This document shows positions 18,281-28,964 of a stretch of 64,000 bases of DNA, one piece after another. Location: NCBI GenBank assembly GCA_964527185.1, contig CAZGOI010000001.1, positions 167,097 through 231,096 of the forward strand. The letters are read 5' to 3'. The notes beneath the pieces were generated by a model that was not told the origin of the DNA, did no database searches, and was given only the letters and a program-made list of their open reading frames with translations. The stretch's first letter is position 1; every line of letters starts with the position of its first letter. The DNA is from an uncultured Candidatus Saccharibacteria bacterium (GTDB taxonomy: Bacteria; Patescibacteriota; Minisyncoccia; Phycocordibacterales; UBA9973). Both the position numbers and the translations under genes were made by a program.

Positions 18281-19597
18281 ATGAAAATGAAAAAATATTT
18301 TATCATAGGAATCTTAATTTTCGCACTCTCTATTTCCTATGGCCAGGTCTATGCACAAACACCTCCTAATACATCTTCTATAGCCAATGTAAAACCTACC
18401 AATGGCGTGTTGGTAGCTAGTGTAAATCTTACAAATGCAAAAATTATTTTACAAGACAAAAATACCTTCAAAATATATTTTGAAATAAGTAATGGCGCTG
18501 GCCTCCAGACCGGTGTTAAGTATGGTCTGCAACTTATTTCAAATGGTCCTGGCAGTCAGTATATTGCAGACGAAAAAGTTTACGATGAATCCTTAAACCT
18601 TGGAGAAAATAGTATTACTGTAAAAAACATTACATATACTGCCCCAGAAAATTTAAATGGTAGCTATACCCTAATGCTTTCAGTTAAAAACGCTAGTAAT
18701 TTTCCATTTGCGATAGCTTCTCTTGGCGAAGTTAAACTTTCTGCCACAGAAAAAGGTGTCTATATAGATCCTGCATCATGCTACCTATCTATTCAAAATG
18801 CCAAAGATAGTAAGCACTACACCCTAACCCAAGGTATTGATATTTCTAGCGATCAAAATCTGGCTTTAAACTGTAACGTCAAGAATGAAACTAACAATCA
18901 AGTTTCTCTAACGCCATTTTTTGAAAACAGACCTGGCGGGGCCTATGGCGATGTGGCAAGCCAAACTGGCGGGGACTATAGCACCATAAATTTTTCTCAA
19001 AATGAAAGCAAAAATATCTCAGTAATCCTATCAAAAGGTTCGGCGCCAAAGTTCTATGATACGAAATTTATGCTCACAGGTAATGTGCATAATTCAAATT
19101 CAATTTTTCTAAATTATAATTTGAAGGGGGCAAGCGCGACCATCTATAAACTCTCGCTCGATAAAGATTATTACAATTCTGGCGACCAAGCCAAAGTATC
19201 GCTGCTTTGGTTCACAACTCCGAGCGGAACCCTAGAAGTTGATGGCAAGACTATGAATACTACAACATTTGCGACTGTCGCTCTGTCTGTCAAAAGTGGC
19301 GATGAAAAATGCTCTGACGAAGTTATTAATCCTCTGACGAGAAATCTAAATAGCCCAGTGACAGAAATCGCTGTGCCGATAAAATCTTCTTGCCAAGACC
19401 CAACAGTCATAGCTATCGCCCGAGATAGCAAAGGGAATATCCTAGACCAGAAAGAATTTACTTTCAAAACAAAAAACCCTGGAAGCAAGCAAGTATTTAG
19501 CACCAACGCAATCATTGTGTTATTTATAATTCTGATCATCATTGCTTTGTTGTTTCATCCTAAAAGTCGCAAAATAAATTTACCAAAGAATAATTAA
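18281..19597 (+). CDS. Secreted beta-rich protein with C-terminal TM anchor
   Basis: Signal peptide (VYA/Q), Asn/Ser/Thr-rich body, C-terminal AIIVLFIILIIIALLF followed by a basic tail. Confidence 0.75.
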   Translation: MKMKKYFIIGILIFALSISYGQVYAQTPPNTSSIANVKPTNGVLVASVNLTNAKIILQDKNTFKIYFEISNGAGLQTGVKYGLQLISNGPGSQYIADEKVYDESLNLGENSITVKNITYTAPENLNGSYTLMLSVKNASNFPFAIASLGEVKLSATEKGVYIDPASCYLSIQNAKDSKHYTLTQGIDISSDQNLALNCNVKNETNNQVSLTPFFENRPGGAYGDVASQTGGDYSTINFSQNESKNISVILSKGSAPKFYDTKFMLTGNVHNSNSIFLNYNLKGASATIYKLSLDKDYYNSGDQAKVSLLWFTTPSGTLEVDGKTMNTTTFATVALSVKSGDEKCSDEVINPLTRNLNSPVTEIAVPIKSSCQDPTVIAIARDSKGNILDQKEFTFKTKNPGSKQVFSTNAIIVLFIILIIIALLFHPKSRKINLPKNN

Positions 19598-19602
19598 ATC
19601 TT

Positions 19603-20706
19603 ATGAATAAAAAACTTACAAAAATAATAAAAAACCTATCGGTAATTTCCCTCTTAGTATTTTTTGGTTTTATTTTGAAAATAAAAAATGTTTCAGCTGA
19701 TAACTATTCCTATGTTTGCGCAGATGGCGGTACAATAACTTCCACCGTATCGATATCTCCAAGTGGTCCGTTTCCACTAAATCCAAATACTTTTACCGCC
19801 TATGGCATGCTCACAGACAATTCGTGCACTGTTAACAATGTTAATCTAACCGTCCAAAATAATAGTGGTACTATCTACACCATAATTCCAACCCAACCGA
19901 TAAGTCTAAATGGACAAATTCCATTAGGTGCCCCCGCTTATCAGCAGTTAACCCCCCCAGCTTCTGCTGGCAACTATGCCGTTCACTTTGTAACTGGCGT
20001 TAATGAGAATGGAGGTGGCACGTATGGAGGTGGTTTTGCTCGTTGTTTTGTGGCCGATACTAAAGTGACAATGGCTGATGGTTCAAAGAAAAATATTCAG
20101 GATGTTAAAATTGGCGACATGTTAATGAGTAAGGGCGGAAACAATAAAGTTCTAGGCTTCCACCAGCCAAAACTTGGAAATCAAAAGCTATACTCATTCA
20201 ATAGTGGGAGATATTTCGTGACAGCCGAACACCCATTCCTGACAACTGATGGATGGAAATCTTTAGATCCAGAAAAAACAGCAAATGAGCACCTCAACAT
20301 AAATATTACGGCGCTACACGTCGGCGACATGCTTATCACAGACCATGGAAATGTGAAACTAAATTCTATAAATGGAAAATATGAGAGTAGTGATACACAA
20401 CTATATAACTTTATTCTAGATGGCGATCATACATATTATGCAGATGGTTATTTGGTTCACAACAAGGTTGGTTGCACAGCAGATGGCTCGGGTGCGCCAA
20501 ACTACCCACTGTGTCCAAGTAATATTTACTGTCTAGACAGTACACCACCCCCAACGGGTGCCCTGGCTTACCCTCCAAATTCAAGTAACGTCGGGACATG
20601 TTCTATCCCGTGCTCAGTACCAGAATCAAATCCACAAGCATATTGTACTGCTAACCCAGGTAGAACGTTCTGTTCGACAGACCTTTATATGCACAACTGC
20701 CCCTAA
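19603..20706 (+). CDS. Secreted protein with Hint (bacterial intein-like) domain and Cys-rich C-terminal peptide
   Basis: Signal peptide; Hint at 20044-20463: CFVADTKVTMADG..IQDVKIGD, VTAEHPF, LYNF..HTYYADGYLVHN; 80-aa tail with 8 Cys. Confidence 0.88.
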   Translation: MNKKLTKIIKNLSVISLLVFFGFILKIKNVSADNYSYVCADGGTITSTVSISPSGPFPLNPNTFTAYGMLTDNSCTVNNVNLTVQNNSGTIYTIIPTQPISLNGQIPLGAPAYQQLTPPASAGNYAVHFVTGVNENGGGTYGGGFARCFVADTKVTMADGSKKNIQDVKIGDMLMSKGGNNKVLGFHQPKLGNQKLYSFNSGRYFVTAEHPFLTTDGWKSLDPEKTANEHLNINITALHVGDMLITDHGNVKLNSINGKYESSDTQLYNFILDGDHTYYADGYLVHNKVGCTADGSGAPNYPLCPSNIYCLDSTPPPTGALAYPPNSSNVGTCSIPCSVPESNPQAYCTANPGRTFCSTDLYMHNCP

Positions 20707-20736
20707 ATTATTAGTGATCTAAGCTAGAGATAAAGT

Positions 20737-22035
20737 ATGAAAAAAACAATCACGAAATATTTAATACTCTCAACTGCGACTTTGTTTGCTCTATTTGGTT
20801 TTTGGAATAAATCTTTGGCGTGGAATTATGTTCAATACGACGTAAGTTACGTTGTTAGTGCTACTCCTGTTCCAGTCGTCACGATCACTGCAAACCCGAC
20901 ATCTGGTACTGTCAATTCAGTCCATGGGATTCTGTCTTGGAGCGCGACCAACAATCCGACCTCATGCAGCGCTTCTGGCGATTGGTCTGGGGCGCAGGCG
21001 GTATCTGGCAACAATGTTGACCAAGGAGTCTTGACTCAAGTTCGCACATATACCTACACCCTAACTTGTTCAAATGCTAGTGGCACGAGTTCACCTGCTT
21101 CAGCCACTGTGGTTGTAAACTCTGCAACTAACAACCCCCCAACGTGTAATGCTGGTGCAAACCAAAGCATAACCCTACCTACTAATTCAGTCTCACTCTC
21201 TGGCTCTGGATCAGACCCAGATGGTGACCCAATAACCTATCAATGGTCTAAAACAGCCGGTCCAAGTTCATATAACATATCTTCACCGACATCAGCATCG
21301 ACTTCAGTAACTGGGTTAGTTCAAGGCACGTACACATTCCAATTTGTTACCACAGATAATCATGGAGCAAGTTGTTCACCAGTAAGCACAACTCAAGTAA
21401 CTGTAAATCCTGCCGCTAGTCCAAGTGGTTCTCTGACAGTTTCGCCAAACACTTGTACAATTTCCTCTGGGGCAAGTACTTGCAGTGTCACTGGCGCGAC
21501 GTGGACGACAAGTAACACAACATCGCCACAACTTCAGGACGGGAACACTGGTAATATACTCTCAACGCTTGCCAATAATGCGACACCACTGCAAGTTTGG
21601 GTTGCCTATCCTTCGACCACGTTTAATCTAAAAGACGGTGGCACACTACTTGATTCGAAAGTAGCAACGGCTTCGTGTACTGGCGGCACGTCTTGGAATG
21701 GAACTATTTGCGCAACAGTTGTTGTTAACGGAGTTTGTGCAGCTACCCACTGGAATTGTACCGCTGGAACAAGTATAAATAATGCAACTGGTGCAAACTC
21801 GTGGACATGGCAATGCAAAGGCTCTGGTGGTGGTTCAACTGCATCGTGTTCAGAAAATTTCCCAGTAGGCAGCCCTCAATGTAGCGATGGTATAGACAAT
21901 AATGGCGATGGGTTAATAGATTCAAACCAGCCATCTTGTCATACAGATTGCAATGCCAATAATGCTTCCTCTTACAATCCTAATCTAAACAACGAAGCCA
22001 AGAGGTGCATAAACCCGATATATAAGGAACTTTAA
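20737..22035 (+). CDS. Secreted PKD/Ig-like surface protein
   Basis: Signal peptide; NNPPTCNAGANQSITLP...SGSDPDGDPITYQW PKD-like domain; CSDGIDNNGDGLID Ca-binding-like motif; Ser/Thr/Cys-rich. Confidence 0.8.
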   Translation: MKKTITKYLILSTATLFALFGFWNKSLAWNYVQYDVSYVVSATPVPVVTITANPTSGTVNSVHGILSWSATNNPTSCSASGDWSGAQAVSGNNVDQGVLTQVRTYTYTLTCSNASGTSSPASATVVVNSATNNPPTCNAGANQSITLPTNSVSLSGSGSDPDGDPITYQWSKTAGPSSYNISSPTSASTSVTGLVQGTYTFQFVTTDNHGASCSPVSTTQVTVNPAASPSGSLTVSPNTCTISSGASTCSVTGATWTTSNTTSPQLQDGNTGNILSTLANNATPLQVWVAYPSTTFNLKDGGTLLDSKVATASCTGGTSWNGTICATVVVNGVCAATHWNCTAGTSINNATGANSWTWQCKGSGGGSTASCSENFPVGSPQCSDGIDNNGDGLIDSNQPSCHTDCNANNASSYNPNLNNEAKRCINPIYKEL

Positions 22036-22214
22036 AATAAATAAAAAACACCCTGAAACAAGAGGGTATTTTTTATTTGACATTATTTTTTAATTTGCTA
22101 GTATTGGAAAATCGTATGTAAATACCCATCTCGGGTATCTCTCGATAAGAGAGTAATTATTAGTAATTTATGTCCCTCGCTAATTAACACTTAGCTCGGG
22201 ACCAATAAAAAAAT

Positions 22215-23414
22215 ATGGCAGAAGAATTTAATCGAGATAAGCCTCACGTAAATGTGGGCACCATTGGTCACGTTGACCACGGTAAAACAACATTAACAGC
22301 CGCTATCCTTGCAATACTTGCCCGTGCAGGTGATGGCTATGGCGCGAAGATAAAAGGTGTCGATCAGATCGACTCAGCACCTGAAGAAAAAGCTCGTGGT
22401 ATCACGATCGCTCTTTCTCACAACGAGTACTGGACGCCAACACGTCACTACGCTCACATAGATGCCCCTGGACACGCTGACTATATTAAAAACATGATCA
22501 CTGGTGCTGCTCAAATGGACGGCGCTGTGCTTGTCGTTGCTGCGACTGATGGTGCTATGCCTCAGACACGCGAGCACGTCCTCCTTGCAAAGCAAGTTGG
22601 TGTTCCAAAAATCATAGTGTTCTTAAATAAATGCGACATGGTTGACGACAAAGACATGATCGATCTCGTCGAAGAAGAAATTCGAGAGCTCCTAACAAAA
22701 CAAGGTTTCGATGGTGCCAATGCTCCAGTCATCCGCGGTTCAGGCCTAAAAGCTCTTGAATCTAAAGACAACAACGATGAGTGGGCCAAAAAAGTTATGG
22801 ATCTTGTCAACGCGCTTGATACCTACATTCCAATTCCAGAACGCGATACAGCAAAGCCATTCCTAATGCCAATCGAAGACATATTCTCAATCGAAGGCCG
22901 TGGCACTGTTGTCACTGGCAAGATTGAACGCGGAATCGTTAAAGTCGGTGAAGACGTAGAAATCGTCGGCATCAAAGACACTGCTAAGACCACAGTCACT
23001 GGTATCGAAATGTTCAACAAAAATTTGAAAGAAGGTATGGCCGGTGATAACGCTGGAATCCTTATTCGTGGTATCAAAAAAGAAGATATTACTCGCGGTC
23101 AAGTTCTTGCCAAGCCAGGTACAGTTACTCCGCACTCAGAATTTGAATGTGAGGTCTATGTCCTAAAAAAAGAAGAAGGTGGTCGTCACACTCCGTTCTT
23201 TACTGGTTACAAACCACAGTTTTATATCCGTACGACTGACGTAACCGGAGAGGCTACGCTTCCATCTGGCACCGAAATGGTTATGCCAGGCGATACGGTT
23301 AAACTTGCGGTCAAACTCGTAACTCCAGTTGCACTCGAAGAGCAAATGCACTTTGCTGTCCGTGAAGGTGGCAAGACAGTTGGTGCCGGTGTCGTTACAA
23401 AGATTGTTAAGTAA
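22215..23414 (+). CDS. tuf: Elongation factor Tu
   Basis: [29 protein letters not shown]. Confidence 0.99.
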   Translation: MAEEFNRDKPHVNVGTIGHVDHGKTTLTAAILAILARAGDGYGAKIKGVDQIDSAPEEKARGITIALSHNEYWTPTRHYAHIDAPGHADYIKNMITGAAQMDGAVLVVAATDGAMPQTREHVLLAKQVGVPKIIVFLNKCDMVDDKDMIDLVEEEIRELLTKQGFDGANAPVIRGSGLKALESKDNNDEWAKKVMDLVNALDTYIPIPERDTAKPFLMPIEDIFSIEGRGTVVTGKIERGIVKVGEDVEIVGIKDTAKTTVTGIEMFNKNLKEGMAGDNAGILIRGIKKEDITRGQVLAKPGTVTPHSEFECEVYVLKKEEGGRHTPFFTGYKPQFYIRTTDVTGEATLPSGTEMVMPGDTVKLAVKLVTPVALEEQMHFAVREGGKTVGAGVVTKIVK

Positions 23415-23452
23415 ATACTTAGCAAGTCCCGCTCTTTATTAATTACAAACGT

Positions 23453-23818
23453 ATGGCAACAAATAAAACTACAAATAAAGTCGCAACCAAAACAAAAAAG
23501 AAAGAAGATCAGGTTGTGAAATTGCGCATCAGAGTGCGAGCATACGAGAATAAAATTCTCGATGCTTCGGTCAAGCAGATAATAGATACTGCCACTCGCT
23601 ATGATGCCAAGATCATCGGCCCGATTCCGCTACCGACTGAAATAAAAAAATATACAGTCAATCGAGCATCGTTTGTATTTAAAAATGCTCGCGAACAATT
23701 TGAAATTAGAATTCATAAGCGCGTAATCGATATCCTAAACCCTAACCCAAAGACGATCGAAGCGCTGACCAACCTCTCTCTTCCATCGGGAGTTGATATC
23801 GATGTGAAGATGATGTAA
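23453..23818 (+). CDS. rpsJ: 30S ribosomal protein S10
   Basis: LRIRVRAYE, GPIPLPT, REQFEIRIHKR. Confidence 0.97.
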   Translation: MATNKTTNKVATKTKKKEDQVVKLRIRVRAYENKILDASVKQIIDTATRYDAKIIGPIPLPTEIKKYTVNRASFVFKNAREQFEIRIHKRVIDILNPNPKTIEALTNLSLPSGVDIDVKMM

Positions 23819-23830
23819 TAGAAAATCAAT

Positions 23831-24448
23831 ATGAAATTTATCCTAGGTAAAAAACAGCATATGATGCAGTGCTTTGATGAAAGTGGCAAGGTCGTCCCTA
23901 CTACTGTTATTGAGGCTGGTCCACTGATTGTAACCCAGGTTAAAAATGGTGAAAGTGACGGCTATACTGCTATCCAAGTAGCGTATCTTGAGCAAAAGAA
24001 AAATAGGGCAAGCAAAGCTCACTTGGGTCATGTCAAAAAAGCTGGACTCCCAGAAGATTCTGCATTCAAACACTTGCGTGAATTCCGCGATATCGAAGAG
24101 GTCGCCGTCGGCGACAAGATCACCGTCGAAGCTTTTGCCAAGGGCGACGTCGTGACCATCTCTGGTGTTTCAAAATCAAAAGGCTTTCAAGGTGTTGTTA
24201 AAAGACATGGTTTCTCTGGTGGGCCAAGGTCTCACGGCCAGAAGCACTCTGAACGCGAACCGGGTTCGATCGGTGGTGGTCTTCGTAATAAAGTTCCGAA
24301 AGATATGCGCATGGCCGGCCGAATGGGAGGCGATAGAATTACTGTCAAAAATCTTGAAATTGTCGGAATCGACAAAGAGCACAATCAAATTCTTGTTAAA
24401 GGTGCAATTCCAGGACGACGTGGAACACTCATCGAAATCATAGGCTAA
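23831..24448 (+). CDS. rplC: 50S ribosomal protein L3
   Basis: KGFQGVVKRHGF, PGSIG, MAGRMG. Confidence 0.97.
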   Translation: MKFILGKKQHMMQCFDESGKVVPTTVIEAGPLIVTQVKNGESDGYTAIQVAYLEQKKNRASKAHLGHVKKAGLPEDSAFKHLREFRDIEEVAVGDKITVEAFAKGDVVTISGVSKSKGFQGVVKRHGFSGGPRSHGQKHSEREPGSIGGGLRNKVPKDMRMAGRMGGDRITVKNLEIVGIDKEHNQILVKGAIPGRRGTLIEIIG

Positions 24449-24451
24449 TTT

Positions 24452-25132
24452 ATGGAAACACAAGTATACAATCAAAAAGGTACAGCTATTGGTAAACTTG
24501 AATTACCAAAAGAAATTTTTGGTTTGCCTTGGAACGCAGATTTAGTGCACCAGGTTGCGACTGCCATGACTGCCAATGCACGCACGCCAGTAGCCCATAC
24601 AAAATTCCGCGGAGAGGTTCGCGGTGGTGGCAAGAAACCATGGCGTCAAAAAGGCACCGGTCGCGCCAGACACGGTTCGACCCGCTCGCCGATCTGGGTC
24701 GGGGGTGGTATTACCCATGGTCCGCGCAATGAAAAAATATATGCAAAGAAAATAAACAAAAAGATGAGCACAAAAGCGCTGTTTGTGGTCCTATCAGAAA
24801 AAGCTCGTCGCGGCCAAATTCTTTTCCTCGAAGAAATAAACCTAAAAAATATTAAAACAAAAGATGCTGCTCAAATTATAAATAATCTTAGCAAGGTTAA
24901 AGGGTTTGAAAAAATTGTCGGTGGTAAAAAGAAAAATACATACATCACTCTTCCGGCTAAAAGCAATATTATAAAGAAAAGTTTTGGCAACTTGCCAACT
25001 GTCACCATCGATGAAGTCAGAAACATTAGCCCGCTTGGCTTGCTATCGTATAAATACATCGTTATGTCTCAACCAAAAGAAAGTTTTGCATTCTTGGGCG
25101 GCAAGATTGAAAAGAAAGTAGCAAAGAAATAA
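24452..25132 (+). CDS. rplD: 50S ribosomal protein L4
   Basis: RGEVRGGGKKPWRQKGTGRARHGS. Confidence 0.97.
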   Translation: METQVYNQKGTAIGKLELPKEIFGLPWNADLVHQVATAMTANARTPVAHTKFRGEVRGGGKKPWRQKGTGRARHGSTRSPIWVGGGITHGPRNEKIYAKKINKKMSTKALFVVLSEKARRGQILFLEEINLKNIKTKDAAQIINNLSKVKGFEKIVGGKKKNTYITLPAKSNIIKKSFGNLPTVTIDEVRNISPLGLLSYKYIVMSQPKESFAFLGGKIEKKVAKK

Positions 25133-25133
25133 T

Positions 25134-25463
25134 ATGGCAAAAGAAAAAACTAAAACCAAAGAAGCAAAAGACAAAGAAGAGGGTAAGAAAATCTCACACC
25201 CGCTTATTTTGGGCACGCGTATCACCGAGCGCTCATCGATCGCCGCCGATAGGGGGGTCTATACATTCAACGTCGTCAAAGATGCAAACAAATCTGAAAT
25301 AAAAAAAGCGATAAAAAAGCTTTACAATGTAACCCCGGTCAAAATTGCCATCGCAAAAATTCAAAGTAAAACAGTCGTGCGCCAAGGCGTCGTCGGTACT
25401 AGAGCCGGCGGTAAAAAAGCCATCGTCTATTTAAAAAAGGGCGACAAAATAGCATTTGTATAA
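25134..25463 (+). CDS. rplW: 50S ribosomal protein L23
   Basis: ITERS, YTFNV...[23 protein letters not shown]; operon position. Confidence 0.93.
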   Translation: MAKEKTKTKEAKDKEEGKKISHPLILGTRITERSSIAADRGVYTFNVVKDANKSEIKKAIKKLYNVTPVKIAIAKIQSKTVVRQGVVGTRAGGKKAIVYLKKGDKIAFV

Positions 25464-25464
25464 T

Positions 25465-26319
25465 ATGAAAACATATAGACCAACAACTCCATCAAGAAGA
25501 AGCCAAACAACCGTATCGTATCGCGGCGTTTTGTCTGGTCACAAGAAAAATAAATCTCTAACGTACGGCTTCAAGCGCGCCGTCGGCCGCAACAACCAGG
25601 GTCGCATCACTACTCGGCACAAAGGTGGCGGCCACAAGCGCCTCTATCGCGAGGTAGATTTTATGTATAACAAGAAAGACATTCCGGCCAAGATTGCTTC
25701 GATCGAGTACGACCCAAACCGCAACGCATTCATCTCACTTGCTATCTATGCCGATGGTGAGAAGCGATATGTTATCGTTCCAAAGTCTATGAAAATTGGC
25801 GACAAATTTATCGTCAGCGACAAGGCCCCGCTTTCAATCGGTAATAGATTGCCACTTCGTCTTATACCAGTTGGAACTTTTATTTACAATATTGAGATAA
25901 AGCCTGGTAATGGCGCAAAACTTGTTCGTAGTGCTGGAGTTTTCGGCCAAGTTGTAGCAAATGACGGCGGTTATTCAAATATTAAAATGCCATCGACAGA
26001 GGTTCGAAAAATTTCTGAGAATTGTTATGCATCGATCGGCGAAGTCTCAAACTCTGAATATAAATTGCAAAATTTTGGCAAAGCAGGTCGCTCACGCTGG
26101 AAGGGTATCCGCCCGACAGTTCGTGGTTCTGTCATGAACCCAGTCGATCACCCACACGGTGGTGGTGAGGGCCGGCAGGGCAGAGGCACCCGCCGAGCCA
26201 AAAGCATGTGGGGCAAGCCGACCGGCAAGGGCCAGAAAACAAGAACGCCAAAGAAATATTCTAATATGTGGGTCGTGTCTCGTCGAAAAGTTGGCAAATC
26301 AAAAAATTCAAAAATCTAA
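25465..26319 (+). CDS. rplB: 50S ribosomal protein L2
   Basis: [46 protein letters not shown]. Confidence 0.98.
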   Translation: MKTYRPTTPSRRSQTTVSYRGVLSGHKKNKSLTYGFKRAVGRNNQGRITTRHKGGGHKRLYREVDFMYNKKDIPAKIASIEYDPNRNAFISLAIYADGEKRYVIVPKSMKIGDKFIVSDKAPLSIGNRLPLRLIPVGTFIYNIEIKPGNGAKLVRSAGVFGQVVANDGGYSNIKMPSTEVRKISENCYASIGEVSNSEYKLQNFGKAGRSRWKGIRPTVRGSVMNPVDHPHGGGEGRQGRGTRRAKSMWGKPTGKGQKTRTPKKYSNMWVVSRRKVGKSKNSKI

Positions 26320-26364
26320 ATTACAAAAGCGCCCAATAAAGCGCTTTTGTTGTATAATAATCAC

Positions 26365-26760
26365 ATGGAAGAAAAACTTTCTGAAAAAGCAAGATTCTCA
26401 ATAGTCGCCCGCATAAAAAGCACCAACCACGCGCTTCGTGGGCTTATAATTTTTTTCAAAGGTACTCACAACGCCTGGCTCCATTTATTTTTTGGAATAG
26501 CGGCAGTCTACCTCGGGTTTATACTCCATATATCAAGCGGTGAATGGGCGACGCTCGTTCTAACCATCGGCCTCGTTATGGTAACTGAAGCTATAAATAC
26601 TGCAATCGAAATCGATATCAATCTAACAAGCCCAACCTATCACCCGTATGCCCGCGATACTAAAGACATCGCTGCCGCCACTGTTGTAATTGCCATCATA
26701 GCTGCGGGCACAAACGGCCTCATAATTTTTCTCCCAAAAATTTTAACCCTAATGAAATAA
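26365..26760 (+). CDS. dgkA: Diacylglycerol/undecaprenol kinase family protein
   Basis: HALRGL, EAINTAIE, KDIAAATV motifs; three TM helices. Confidence 0.85.
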   Translation: MEEKLSEKARFSIVARIKSTNHALRGLIIFFKGTHNAWLHLFFGIAAVYLGFILHISSGEWATLVLTIGLVMVTEAINTAIEIDINLTSPTYHPYARDTKDIAAATVVIAIIAAGTNGLIIFLPKILTLMK

Positions 26761-26841
26761 AAACCATTTAATTAGTTTGACTTTATTTTTAGTTTTGCTA
26801 GTATAGGCAGACAAGCTCATGGCGAGCTTATTTATATTGTT

Positions 26842-27183
26842 ATGACACGATCGCTTAGCAAGGGCCCGTTTGTCGACCCTCGACTTCTAAAGAAGATTGC
26901 CGGCAAAAAACCAATAGAAACCGGTGTAATAAAGACCTGGTCTCGTTCTTGCGTTATTTCGCCAGAAATGGTTGGTTTTGTCTTCGGGGTTCACAATGGC
27001 AAAAACCATATCGAAGTGCTCGTCGGTGAAGACATGGTTGGCCACCGGCTCGGCGAATTCTCGCCGACCCGCAAGTTTGTTAAACACGGAGGCAAGATGC
27101 AGAAAGAATTAGAAGAGAAAAAGAAAGAAGCCGAGATCGCCGCCGCCAAATCTGCCAAGGCTACGATAGAAGATAAAAAATAA
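26842..27183 (+). CDS. rpsS: 30S ribosomal protein S19
   Basis: [28 protein letters not shown]. Confidence 0.97.
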   Translation: MTRSLSKGPFVDPRLLKKIAGKKPIETGVIKTWSRSCVISPEMVGFVFGVHNGKNHIEVLVGEDMVGHRLGEFSPTRKFVKHGGKMQKELEEKKKEAEIAAAKSAKATIEDKK

Positions 27184-27192
27184 TTTGTTATT

Positions 27193-27597
27193 ATGAAAGC
27201 GTTTTTAAAAAATTACAGACAGTCTCCTCGCAAGGTTCGCCTTGTGACAGAGCTCATCAAAGGCAAAAGGGTTGCCGAAGCTTTTACCCATTTAGATTTT
27301 TTGCCAAAGCGAGCTAGCGAGCCAATCCGCAAACTCCTCGCTTCGGCTGTTGCTAACGCTAAAGCTTCTGGTATATCTGAGGAGGATTTGGTGGTTGCAA
27401 GTGTCGTCGTGAACAAAGGCATCGTGCTTAAGCGTGTTATGCCGCGGGCTCGCGGTAGCGCTTCTCGCATCAACAAGCGCACTAGCCACGTTACCCTCGT
27501 ACTATCAAATAATCCGGTAAATAAAAAAGAAGAAAAGAAAATTGAAAAAACAGAGAAGAAAACAGTAAAAACTAAAAAAGCAAAAGCTGCAAAATAA
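27193..27597 (+). CDS. rplV: 50S ribosomal protein L22
   Basis: SPRKVRLV, PRARGSASRINKRTSH. Confidence 0.97.
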   Translation: MKAFLKNYRQSPRKVRLVTELIKGKRVAEAFTHLDFLPKRASEPIRKLLASAVANAKASGISEEDLVVASVVVNKGIVLKRVMPRARGSASRINKRTSHVTLVLSNNPVNKKEEKKIEKTEKKTVKTKKAKAAK

Positions 27598-27599
27598 TT

Positions 27600-28286
27600 A
27601 TGTCAAAAGTTGTCCACCCATATTCACATAGACTAGTAATCCTCCGCGACTGGAAGTCGCGCTGGTTTGCCGATAAAAAATACAAACACTTGCTTGCAAG
27701 TGACGTAGTCATTCGCGAGTTTCTGGCTAAAAAATTGCGTGGCTTTTATGTTTCTCGTATTGATATCGAGCGCAATGTTAAATCGACCCGCGTTATTGTC
27801 CACACTTCTCGTCCTGGTATGATCATCGGTCGCTCTGGCGAAGGCGCTGCAAAAATAAAAACAGAACTTGCAACCTATATGAAGAAGCGCGGCGTGGCCG
27901 TGCCGGAAGATTTTAAATTTGATATCGTTGAAGTTACAAACCCAGACGCCGATGCGGCCATCATCGCCTGCTCGATTGCCGAGGGTATAGAGAAGCGTCT
28001 ACCGTATCGAAGAGTCATCAAACAAGCGATCGATAAAGTCATGGCGGCTCGGGGAGTGAAGGGCGCTCGCATATACGTTGGCGGCCGTTTGGCTGGAGCC
28101 GAGATCGCCCGCACAGAACAGATAAAACGAGGTTCTATACCACTGCAGACATTTCGAGCCGATGTTGATTTTGCTCGCGAGAAGGCCCACATGAGTTACG
28201 GCGATATCGGTATCAAAGTTTGGATTTACCGCGGTGAAGTTTTTGAAAAAGGAAACGAAGCGACGAGTAAAAGCATTAAGAAATAA
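27600..28286 (+). CDS. rpsC: 30S ribosomal protein S3
   Basis: RPGMIIGRSG KH motif, GRLAGAEIAR, IPLQTFRADVD. Confidence 0.97.
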   Translation: MSKVVHPYSHRLVILRDWKSRWFADKKYKHLLASDVVIREFLAKKLRGFYVSRIDIERNVKSTRVIVHTSRPGMIIGRSGEGAAKIKTELATYMKKRGVAVPEDFKFDIVEVTNPDADAAIIACSIAEGIEKRLPYRRVIKQAIDKVMAARGVKGARIYVGGRLAGAEIARTEQIKRGSIPLQTFRADVDFAREKAHMSYGDIGIKVWIYRGEVFEKGNEATSKSIKK

Positions 28287-28291
28287 TTTTT

Positions 28292-28708
28292 ATGTTACTA
28301 CCAAAAAAAGTAAAATTTAGAAAGTGGCACACCAACCGAAAAGACATGTCTCTGGTTACCCCCGAGACTCGCGGTATTACTGTTTCGTTTGGTTCGTTCG
28401 GCCTCAAGGCTACAACCGGCGGTCGCATTCGCTCAAACCAGATCGAGTCGGCCCGCAAGGCGGCTACTCGCTCGATGGGCAAAACCGGCCGGATGTGGAT
28501 CCGCATTTTTCCTGATAGGCCGTTCACTGCCAAGCCAGCTGAAGTCGGCATGGGAAAGGGCAAGGGCGACCCGCAGGGTTACTGCCTCGATATCCGCCCG
28601 GGCCGAGTACTTTTTGAAATCGATGGCGTCAGCGAGCCGGTTGCCCGCGAAGCTCTGCGTAAAGCCGGCACAAAATTACCAGTAAATACTCGCGTTGTTG
28701 CTAGATAA
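28292..28708 (+). CDS. rplP: 50S ribosomal protein L16
   Basis: [30 protein letters not shown]. Confidence 0.97.
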   Translation: MLLPKKVKFRKWHTNRKDMSLVTPETRGITVSFGSFGLKATTGGRIRSNQIESARKAATRSMGKTGRMWIRIFPDRPFTAKPAEVGMGKGKGDPQGYCLDIRPGRVLFEIDGVSEPVAREALRKAGTKLPVNTRVVAR

Positions 28709-28709
28709 T

Positions 28710-28955
28710 ATGAATAAAACAAACAAACAAACAAAAAAAGCGTTGAAAGGTATCGTCGTTTCAGATAAAATGGCCAAGACCGTAGTGGTTAAGGTCACGC
28801 GTTTTGTCGAGCACCCAAAATATGGCAAGAGAATTAAAAAGACAAAAAACTACAAAGCCCACGATGAGAAAAATGAAAAGAAAATTGATGACACAGTCAT
28901 GATCGAAGAAGTTCGACCAATTTCAAAAGACAAAAGGTTTAAAGTAATAGAATAA
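28710..28955 (+). CDS. rpsQ: 30S ribosomal protein S17
   Basis: [29 protein letters not shown]. Confidence 0.96.
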   Translation: MNKTNKQTKKALKGIVVSDKMAKTVVVKVTRFVEHPKYGKRIKKTKNYKAHDEKNEKKIDDTVMIEEVRPISKDKRFKVIE

Positions 28956-28964
28956 TAAATTTTT

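Noticed and set aside
20692-20703. Second HN-C motif at the end of the Hint protein as an intein splice junction
   Set aside because: Not preceded by a Hint block F and followed by only one residue; probably coincidental
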